Shown one piece after another: positions 57,540-64,000 of a stretch of DNA of 64,000 bases; the stretch's first letter is position 1, and the number at the start of each line of letters is the position of its first letter. The stretch is from Deltaproteobacteria bacterium (GTDB lineage Bacteria > Myxococcota > Kuafuiibacteriia > Kuafuiibacteriales > Kuafuiibacteriaceae): NCBI GenBank assembly GCA_011526105.1, contig WYAZ01000052.1, positions 5,419 through 69,418 on the forward strand. Direction: 5' to 3'. The notes under the pieces are model-generated. The model was given only the letters and a program-made list of their open reading frames with translations, had not been told where the DNA came from and made no database searches. Made by a program: the position numbers and the translations under genes.

Positions 57540-58208
57540 ATGATGATGCGCTCACTCTGTTTTCTCCTCGTGCTGGGCTCGGCCTCGATCGCGGGCGCCA
57601 AGCCTTTGCCCGATTGGTCGAGGTCGGTGGACTGGGGACTCTCCAGCGAGCTCGAGGTGACCGAACTTCGCCTGTCGGCCAAGACCACGTTCTCTCCGGA
57701 GGCCGAGATCCGGGCGGTTTGGGACCGACCTGCCACCGCTGGCCGACGCTCCGTTCGTCTGAAGGTGAAAGAGGGAGCGTCGAGCCGGGACATCTGGGCG
57801 GTTGTTCACATCGAGTGGGTCGTTACCGTGCTCGTCGCGACTCGGGATCTGCATGAAGGTGACACGCTTCGCGCCGAGGACCTGCGCACGGAACGACGAG
57901 TGCGGTCTGCGGCCGGACCGAAGCCTTTGACCGCAGTTGAAGCTCTCCTGGGGCGAAGGCTCGCGAACTCGGTGTCCGCGAGCGAGGCGTTCGAAGAGCG
58001 GGATCTGGAGCGGCTTCCGGCGCTCCCGCGCGGCGCTGAGGTTCGTGTGCAGGCGGGAGCCCACGGGCTCTCGGTCTGGGCAGAAGGCACCCTCGAGCAG
58101 AGCCTTCGCCCGGGAGAGCGCGGACGAGTCCGGCTCGTCAGCAGCAAGCGCGTCGTCATGGGCGTGCTGGATTCGGACGGGGCCATCGTCCTGGAGGAGC
58201 AGCAATGA
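57540..58208 (+). CDS. flgA: flagellar P-ring formation chaperone FlgA
   Basis: A signal peptide is followed by a C-terminal SAF-like domain (GDTLRAEDL...GAEVRVQAGAHGLSVWAEGTLEQSLRPGERGRVR). Confidence 0.7.
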   Translation: MMMRSLCFLLVLGSASIAGAKPLPDWSRSVDWGLSSELEVTELRLSAKTTFSPEAEIRAVWDRPATAGRRSVRLKVKEGASSRDIWAVVHIEWVVTVLVATRDLHEGDTLRAEDLRTERRVRSAAGPKPLTAVEALLGRRLANSVSASEAFEERDLERLPALPRGAEVRVQAGAHGLSVWAEGTLEQSLRPGERGRVRLVSSKRVVMGVLDSDGAIVLEEQQ

Positions 58209-58885
58209 ACGGGATGAATCGATGCGGCGGCCTCGTGGGCGCTATGCTCTTGGTCGTCGTGAGCTTTGGATGTGCACACGAGGAACCCCAGAAACGAAAG
58301 GTGCGTGAGTTCGACCCAGGAGACTACGGGCGGGCCGAGACCGCCACCAAAGGCTCTCTTTTCGGTGCGAGCGAGGTCGGCTTTGTCGAGGACATCAAGC
58401 CGCGCTCCGTAGGCGATGTCATCATCGTCCGTGTCGATGAGTCGGACTCTGCTTCCACGGACGCATCGACGAAGCTAGACCGGTCCACCGGGATGTCGTT
58501 TGGCATCGGGGGCGCGATCGACCAAGCGGTTCCCGATGTGGATCTAGCGAACCTCTTCGAGGCGAACTCGGGCTCGTCGATGGAAGGCAGCGGTCGCATC
58601 GCTCGCCGCGGGCAGCTCAAGGCCATGCTTCCGGTGCGCGTGAAACACGTCTTGCCGAACGGCGACCTCTACGTGGAGGGCACGAAGATCGTGCTCGTGG
58701 GGAACGAGGAGCGCAACCTGTATCTGTCCGGCATCGTGAGGCCCGCGGACATCGAGGGTGATGGATCGGTGCGGTCTTCGCGTGTGGCGGACGCCGAGAT
58801 TGCGTACACCGGTCAGGGCGACGCTACGGACCAGCAGAAGCGGGGCTGGTTGTCCGGGATTCTCACCGCGATTTGGCCCTTCTGA
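58205..58885 (+). CDS. flgH: flagellar L-ring lipoprotein FlgH
   Basis: The lipobox is LVVVSFGCA. GSLFGASEVGFVEDIKPRSVGDVIIVRVDESDSAS and NLYLSGIVRPADI match FlgH. Confidence 0.85.
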   Translation: MNGMNRCGGLVGAMLLVVVSFGCAHEEPQKRKVREFDPGDYGRAETATKGSLFGASEVGFVEDIKPRSVGDVIIVRVDESDSASTDASTKLDRSTGMSFGIGGAIDQAVPDVDLANLFEANSGSSMEGSGRIARRGQLKAMLPVRVKHVLPNGDLYVEGTKIVLVGNEERNLYLSGIVRPADIEGDGSVRSSRVADAEIAYTGQGDATDQQKRGWLSGILTAIWPF

Positions 58886-58894
58886 GAGGTGATC

Positions 58895-60001
58895 ATGCTG
58901 ATGCGTCGTGTACTGCTTACGATTTCGACCTTGCTCTTCGTCAGTCCGGAGCCGGCTTCGGCCGCGCGTCTCAAGGACCTCGTTGATGTCGAGGGCCTTC
59001 GCGACAACGAACTCATCGGAGTGGGTCTGGTCGTGGGTTTGAGCGGCACCGGCGACTTGCCGGGCGCCGCCGCCACACAGCAGCCGCTCGCGACCGTCCT
59101 TCGAAACCTGGGCACGAACCTCGACCCCGGCGAGCTCCGCGCGCGGAACGTCGCGCTCGTCACCGTCACCGCGAGGCTCCCGGCCTTCAGCCGGCCTGGG
59201 GTGAGGTTCGACGTGACGGTCTCCTCCATCGGAACCGCAAAGAGCCTCGCGGGCGGTACGCTCCTCGTGACCGCGCTCAAAGGGCTCAACCGGGTGACCT
59301 ACGGGGTCGCTCAGGGCCCCCTCGTGGTCGGGGGATACGAGGCGAGCTCGGCTCAGACCGGTTCGTCTCATCGACGCAACTTCGTCAACGTCGCTCGGGT
59401 GCCGAGCGGAGGAACGGTCGAACGAGAGGTCCCTCAAACCTTGCCGGAGGACCGACTGACGCTGCTCCTCAAGGAGCCAGACTTCACGACCGCATCTCGG
59501 ATCCAAGAGGCCATCGACGCTTCGCTGGGCGAGGCGCTCGCTTCGGTGCGTGACCCGGGCATCATCGAGGTCAAGGTCGGCGAGAAGTGGAGCGGCCGTG
59601 TGGTCGCGCTCGTGGCCGCCCTCGAAGCGGTCGAGACCATCCCCGACGCGCCCGCGCGTGTGGTGGTCGACGAACGCACCGGCACTATCGTCGTGGGCGC
59701 CGGCGTGACCCTCGGACCGGCCGCCATCACCTACGGAGGTTTGACGATCCGGATTCAAGAGCGGTTCGGAGTCTCCCAGCCCGCGATGTTCTCGCGCCGC
59801 GGTCAGACCGCGATCATCCCCGACAGCACGATCCAGGTCGAGGAAGACCGGGGCAGGCTCTCCGTCGTGGAAGAGGCCCCCACTTTGGCGGACGTGGCGA
59901 AGGCGCTCAACGCGCTGCAAGTGACGCCTCGGGACCTGATCGCCATCCTTCAGGCGTTGCGTGCTTCCGGCGCGCTCCGGGCCGAAATCCAGGCGTTGTG
60001 A
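58895..60001 (+). CDS. flgI: flagellar P-ring protein FlgI
   Basis: A signal peptide is followed by RLKDLVDVEGLRDNELIGVGLVVGLSGTGD, the FlgI signature. The ORF also allows GTG 58889. Confidence 0.9.
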   Translation: MLMRRVLLTISTLLFVSPEPASAARLKDLVDVEGLRDNELIGVGLVVGLSGTGDLPGAAATQQPLATVLRNLGTNLDPGELRARNVALVTVTARLPAFSRPGVRFDVTVSSIGTAKSLAGGTLLVTALKGLNRVTYGVAQGPLVVGGYEASSAQTGSSHRRNFVNVARVPSGGTVEREVPQTLPEDRLTLLLKEPDFTTASRIQEAIDASLGEALASVRDPGIIEVKVGEKWSGRVVALVAALEAVETIPDAPARVVVDERTGTIVVGAGVTLGPAAITYGGLTIRIQERFGVSQPAMFSRRGQTAIIPDSTIQVEEDRGRLSVVEEAPTLADVAKALNALQVTPRDLIAILQALRASGALRAEIQAL

Positions 60002-60008
60002 GGAAGAC

Positions 60009-60677
60009 ATGGTGGACGCGCTCTCATCCGACAATCCGGCCAAGGCCTTCGAGGCGTACTTCTTCCGTCAGATGCTGTCGTCGGTGCAGCTCGGGCCGGC
60101 CGGGGACGCCAACTTCGATGCGATGATTCGCGAGGCGCTCGCGGACAAGCTCGCGGAGAGCGAACCTCTGGGCCTGGCTCCCATGCTCGAGGCCGAGCCG
60201 ACGGCCTCCGCGGTGCGTCACGGTCACGTCGAAGCGCCTCCGCGCGCGCGTGGCATGTATGCGCCGGCCTCTCTGCTCACGCAGCTGCCCGTGATGGGGA
60301 CCGTGAGCTCGCCGTTCGGGCCACGTACGGACCCCTTCTCGTCCGCCGCCCGACACCATGGTGGGATGGACATCGCGGCGCCCGAGGGCACACCCGTGGT
60401 GAGCGCGGGGGCGGGCCGGGTGACCCGGGCGGAGATGGTTTCTGGGTACGGCAACCTCGTGGTCGTCGACCATGGTGGAGGCCTCGAGACGCGGTATGCC
60501 CACCTCGCCACCATTGAGGTGAGCAGGGGGCAAGAGCTCGCGCCCGGCGGGGCGGTGGGGACGGTGGGGCAGACCGGGCGTTCCACCGGACCGCATCTTC
60601 ACTTCGAGGTTCGGCGGCAGGGGCGGTCACTGCCTCCAGAAAGCGAGCTATTGGGCCTTAAGGATCGGCTCAAGTGA
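60009..60677 (+). CDS. flgJ: FlgJ-like rod-binding domain fused to an M23 (LytM-type) peptidase domain
   Basis: The N-terminal AKAFEAYFFRQMLSSVQL is the FlgJ rod-binding motif. The C-terminal HHGGMDIAAPEGTPV (HxxxD), GYGNLVVVDHGGGLETRYAHL and GPHLHFEV (HxH) are the M23 zinc-binding motifs. Confidence 0.7.
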   Translation: MVDALSSDNPAKAFEAYFFRQMLSSVQLGPAGDANFDAMIREALADKLAESEPLGLAPMLEAEPTASAVRHGHVEAPPRARGMYAPASLLTQLPVMGTVSSPFGPRTDPFSSAARHHGGMDIAAPEGTPVVSAGAGRVTRAEMVSGYGNLVVVDHGGGLETRYAHLATIEVSRGQELAPGGAVGTVGQTGRSTGPHLHFEVRRQGRSLPPESELLGLKDRLK

Positions 60678-60700
60678 CCGACCCAGGATTAGGAGTCACC

Positions 60701-61015
60701 ATGAAAGTACCCGGCCAAAATGGACCCCGACCGACCTCCGCCACCAGCCCCTCTCGCGAGGCGCATGCCAAGCGGGGAGAGTCCTCTGTAGGCACTCCGC
60801 TCCCAGCGGCCAAGGCTTCGGCGCCGAGCGATCCGGCGGTGGTCGTGTCTCAGTCCGCCTCGAAGGTCTCGGATCTCGAGCGCGCCGAGGAGGCCCAACA
60901 CGCGGCCCGGGTCGACGAGCTTCGGGCCAAAGTGGAGTCCGGCGAGTACGAGGTCGACAAGGACCGTCTGGCCGATCGCATGGCGGAAGAGGAGCTCGCT
61001 CGAGCGCCCAAGTGA
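60701..61015 (+). CDS. flgM: anti-sigma28 factor FlgM
   Basis: It is small, S/A/P-rich and disordered. The C-terminal RVDELRAKVESGEYEVDKDRLADRM matches the FlgM sigma28-binding helix. An AGGAG RBS lies upstream. Confidence 0.65.
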   Translation: MKVPGQNGPRPTSATSPSREAHAKRGESSVGTPLPAAKASAPSDPAVVVSQSASKVSDLERAEEAQHAARVDELRAKVESGEYEVDKDRLADRMAEEELARAPK

Positions 61016-61371
61016 TGAGCACCGAAGCAAAGACCAGCCGGCCGAGCGAGAGACTGCTCCGCCTTCTCGAGGTGGAGAGGGTCGCCATTCGAGCGCTCGA
61101 TCTCGAGGCCCTCGAAGGGATCACGCTCGAGAAGGAACCGCTGGTCCGAGCACTCGAGGAAGACATCAGCCTGTCGGCCTCGGGCTTCGGCGACACCTCG
61201 GAGATCGAGCGTCTTGGACGGCTGCGATTCGAAGTCGAGCTGAACGCGATCCTGTTCGCCGAGACACTTCGAGCCATGCGTCAACATTTTGGGGTCACGG
61301 ACGCCGGCGTCTACGACCGCTCGGCGAGAAGGCCCGAGTTCCGCGCGAGAGTATCGAAACGTTCTGCCTGA
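61015..61371 (+). CDS. FlgN-like flagellar chaperone (putative)
   Basis: It is a small helical protein between flgM and flgK, the canonical flgN position. It has no strong motif. Confidence 0.4.
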   Translation: MSTEAKTSRPSERLLRLLEVERVAIRALDLEALEGITLEKEPLVRALEEDISLSASGFGDTSEIERLGRLRFEVELNAILFAETLRAMRQHFGVTDAGVYDRSARRPEFRARVSKRSA

Positions 61372-61389
61372 GACGAAGAGGAGCCAAAG

Positions 61390-62748
61390 TTGCCAGGCCT
61401 GTATACATTCTTGAGCTTCGGGTCTGGCGCGGTGCTCGCCCAGCAGTCCGGGCTCGGCTCCGCTGGTCACAACCTCGCCAATCTCAACACCCCAGGATTC
61501 AGCCGAACCCGCGTCGATCTTCGGTCTCACCTCGGGCCGCCCCTGCAGGGGGGCGTCAGCGCAGGGCCGATGTCGCGCTACGAGGACGGGCTGCTCTCGG
61601 GCCGGGAACGACGCGCGGCAGGAGAAAGCGGGCGCAGCCGTGATCTCCTCGAGGCGCTGTCCGCCCTCGAGGGGCGCATGGCCAGCGGGAGCGGTGGGGT
61701 GCCAGAGGCGCTGAACGACTTCTTCGCCGGTCTGCGTGAACTCGAGGCTCATCCCGGCGACCCTGGATATCGCACGCAGCTCGCCCGTCGTGCCGAGGCG
61801 CTCGCGCAGTCCATCCGCCGGACCGACGAAGCGCTGAGGAGTTCCATCGAGGAGTCCAACCTCCGCATTGAAGGCTACGCTCGCCGCGCGACGGAGCTCG
61901 CCCATGCATTCGCCAGCGTCAACGCGAAGATCGCGCAGAACCCCGACCCCACCTACCTCGATCAACGAGATCAGATCGCCCGCGAGCTTTCGGGCTTGGT
62001 GGGCGGCCAGACCTTGGGCACCGACGGACAAGCGCGTTTTGTCCTCGCCGACGGCAGCGTGCTCGTCGATGGTCATCGCGCGGCTGCGGTCGAGGCGCAA
62101 AGGCGACCCGGTCCGCCCTCCATCGCGCAGCTCGAAATCGTCGATGGTGCTCACCGAAGCGCCCTTCAGACCTCCGAGGGTCAAGTCGCGGGCCAAACCC
62201 AAGCCCAGCAGCACATGCTCGGCATGCTCGGAGACGTTGACACCCTCGCCTTCGACTTCGCCAATGCTTTCAACGCCGTCCATCGAGGTTTTGCTGCCCT
62301 CGATGGCAGTTCGGGGCGTGACTTCTTTCAGTCCACTGCGACCGCGACCGGCGCGGCGGCCGGGTTCCGGGTTGATTCAGCCATCGCGGCGGATGCTCGT
62401 CTCATCGGTGGCGCTCAGGTGGGTTCGGGACCAGGCGACAACCAAGGATTTCGCGCGCTCGGTGACCTCGCGAGCCAGCCGCTCGCGGGCGGTGGCACCC
62501 GGAGCTTTCTAGACGAGGCGATCTCCGTCGGCGAGTCGCTCGGATATGCGGTGGTCGGCGCTGATCATGCTTCGACCGTCGCCCAGGAGACGGACCAGGT
62601 CCTCGCGGGCCTCCGAGACGCTTTGTCCGGGGTGAGCTCGGAAGAGGAGATGGCTCGGCTCATGGCCTTTCAGCGCGCGAGCGAGGCGTCGATTCGATTT
62701 GTACAAACCGTCGACTCCCTGCTCGGAACCTTGCTGGAGCGACGTTAG
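61390..62748 (+). CDS. flgK: hook-associated protein 1 FlgK
   Basis: LSFGSGAVLAQQSGLGSAGHNLANLNTPGFSR is the FlgK N-terminus, and MAFQRASEASIRFVQTVDSLL the C-terminus. The TTG start has a GAGGAG RBS 7 nt upstream. Confidence 0.8.
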   Translation: MPGLYTFLSFGSGAVLAQQSGLGSAGHNLANLNTPGFSRTRVDLRSHLGPPLQGGVSAGPMSRYEDGLLSGRERRAAGESGRSRDLLEALSALEGRMASGSGGVPEALNDFFAGLRELEAHPGDPGYRTQLARRAEALAQSIRRTDEALRSSIEESNLRIEGYARRATELAHAFASVNAKIAQNPDPTYLDQRDQIARELSGLVGGQTLGTDGQARFVLADGSVLVDGHRAAAVEAQRRPGPPSIAQLEIVDGAHRSALQTSEGQVAGQTQAQQHMLGMLGDVDTLAFDFANAFNAVHRGFAALDGSSGRDFFQSTATATGAAAGFRVDSAIAADARLIGGAQVGSGPGDNQGFRALGDLASQPLAGGGTRSFLDEAISVGESLGYAVVGADHASTVAQETDQVLAGLRDALSGVSSEEEMARLMAFQRASEASIRFVQTVDSLLGTLLERR

Positions 62749-62756
62749 GAGTCCTG

Positions 62757-63626
62757 ATGCGTATCACCGAGAACCGCCTCCTGGGCATGGGTACACAGGC
62801 GAGCGCTCGAGCGCGGCGCGAGCTCTTCGAAGCGGCGGACGAACTCTCGAGTGGGCAGCGCGTCGACCGCCCCTCCGACGACCCGGGTGCGTGGGCGCGC
62901 GGCCAACGGCTCTCCGCGAGGCTGACCGAAAGCTCTGCCCGCGGAGTGGTGCATCAGGCCGGTCGGGATCGCCTCGTCGAGACCGACCTCAGGCTCGACG
63001 AGATGAGCGACATACTGACTCGGGGCCGCGAGCTCGCGCTGCAGCTCTCCAACGGGACGATGAGCGCAGCGGAGCGGGCGGCGGCCACCCAGGGCCTCGC
63101 GGGCATGAGGGAGAGCCTCCGTGCCGCGATGAACGCACGCGATTCGAACGGAGGCTACCTCTTCTCCGGAAGTCGCACCGACACGGAGCCCTTCGACGCC
63201 GCCGGGACCTACTTCGGCGACACCGTGATGGTGCTGGTCACCACGGACGCCAGCGCCACAGTCGGTGTGAACGTGACCGGCTCAGATCTGACGAGTGCGG
63301 GCGGCATCAACCCGCTCGCGGCTTTTGACGCGCTCACCGCCGCCGCGGGTGCCAACGACGTCCCCGGCCTGCGCGCCGCGCTGCAGCTCCTCGGCGAGTC
63401 GGGAGACCACCTGGCGTTCACTCGAAGCCAAGTCGGGCACCGGATGGGCCTCATGGAACAGGCCAGCGAGATTCGAGAGGATCAGAAGGTCGTCCTCGCG
63501 CAGGGCTTGGCCTTGGCGGTGGGCGCGGACGATCTCTCGGCCGCCGAACGCCTCGCTCGCGCGCGCTCCGCGCTCGAGACCGCGTCTGCCTTGAGCGAGA
63601 CCCTCGCGAGCGTGCTTCGCCGATGA
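62757..63626 (+). CDS. flgL: hook-associated protein 3 FlgL
   Basis: MRITENRLLGMGTQASARARRELFEAADELSSGQRVDRPSDDP is the FlgL N-terminus, and its C-terminus is flagellin-like. Confidence 0.75.
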   Translation: MRITENRLLGMGTQASARARRELFEAADELSSGQRVDRPSDDPGAWARGQRLSARLTESSARGVVHQAGRDRLVETDLRLDEMSDILTRGRELALQLSNGTMSAAERAAATQGLAGMRESLRAAMNARDSNGGYLFSGSRTDTEPFDAAGTYFGDTVMVLVTTDASATVGVNVTGSDLTSAGGINPLAAFDALTAAAGANDVPGLRAALQLLGESGDHLAFTRSQVGHRMGLMEQASEIREDQKVVLAQGLALAVGADDLSAAERLARARSALETASALSETLASVLRR

Positions 63627-63712
63627 CCCCTTTAGGAAGGCGCGGGTTGGTCGAATCAATGACCAGATACGAGGGCAGGCACTAACCCCTCGCACTTGGA
63701 GGTAAGAATACT

Positions 63713-64000
63713 ATGAGTCTCGTCATCAATACCAACACCGCCTCCCTCGGGGCCCAGCGCAACCTTGCGCAGACCACGATGGCGCTTTCCAAAAACGTAG
63801 CGAAGCTGTCCTCAGGCCAGCGCATCACGTTCGCGTCGGACGATGCGGCCGGCCTCGGCATCAGCGAGAAGCTGAAGTCGCAGATTCGCGGCCTCGCCCA
63901 GGCCAAACGAAACGCCAGCGACGGCGTCTCGATGATTCAGGTGGCTGAAGGCGCCATGAATGAGCAGGCCGAGATTCTCACTCGGCTCCGCGAACTCGCG
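63713..64000 (+). CDS. fliC: flagellin (N-terminal part; 3' end outside window)
   Basis: MSLVINTNTASLGAQRNLAQTTMALSKNVAKLSSGQRITFASDDAAGLGISEKL is the canonical flagellin D0/D1 N-terminus. A GGAGGT RBS lies upstream. Confidence 0.85.
   Translation, partial: MSLVINTNTASLGAQRNLAQTTMALSKNVAKLSSGQRITFASDDAAGLGISEKLKSQIRGLAQAKRNASDGVSMIQVAEGAMNEQAEILTRLRELA

Noticed and set aside
63627-63712. Possible sigma28 promoter, and a tRNA-like GGTCGAATCA motif, upstream of the flagellin gene
   Set aside because: There is no convincing TAAA-N15-GCCGATAA match; there is only a partial CGAAT and no -35. The GGTCGAATCA resembles a T-loop only superficially, with no acceptor stem or cloverleaf. A GGCAC...GCA sigma54-like motif has 14-nt (wrong) spacing.
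1-64000. CRISPR arrays, IS/transposase genes, integrases, rRNA/tRNA genes
   Set aside because: No direct-repeat/spacer periodicity, DDE or tyrosine recombinase motifs, or RNA gene signatures were seen on either strand. The frameshifted HNH remnant is the only candidate mobile element.

Overview
This is a high-GC (~68-70%), densely coding bacterial chromosomal segment with no rRNA, tRNA, CRISPR array or transposase that I could recognise. Three organisational blocks are visible.

1-19 kb is an accessory-looking block. It holds the C-terminus of a VWA/CoxE-like protein, a lipoprotein, a 755-aa secreted protein with atypical composition, an amidase, and a ~1200-aa protein ending in a Rossmann motif. 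It also holds a co-directional cluster: a predicted outer-membrane beta-barrel protein, a 1236-aa HExxH zinc-metalloprotease lipoprotein, a protein with a caspase-like His/Cys dyad, and a tandem-FHA protein. RlmJ closes the block.

19-29 kb is a signalling block. It holds a PhaR-like regulator, an MJ0042 zinc-ribbon/DUF3426-like protein, TatA, three tandem stand-alone HDOD paralogs, a membrane Ser/Thr kinase translationally coupled to a REC-HDOD response regulator, and a frameshifted HNH endonuclease remnant.

29-64 kb is an essentially complete flagellar locus. On the minus strand sits an Hsp70-like gene followed by fliL-motA-motB, an OmpA/TSP3 protein and a Cys-rich lipoprotein. A divergent sigma54-dependent activator follows. 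On the plus strand are two long translationally coupled operons, flgBC-fliEFGHIJK-flgDE and fliMNOPQR-flhBAFG-fliA-flgFGAHIJMNKL, and the window ends in a 5'-partial flagellin gene. Both long operons are preceded by good sigma54 -24/-12 promoter matches that sit directly against their start codons. The Cys-rich repeats, MJ0042 zinc ribbon, and the abundance of STK/FHA/HDOD proteins resemble a Myxococcota-like (deltaproteobacterial) genome, which makes a full flagellar system notable in itself.

Every call rests on reading the six-frame translations and the DNA by eye. No database search was run.
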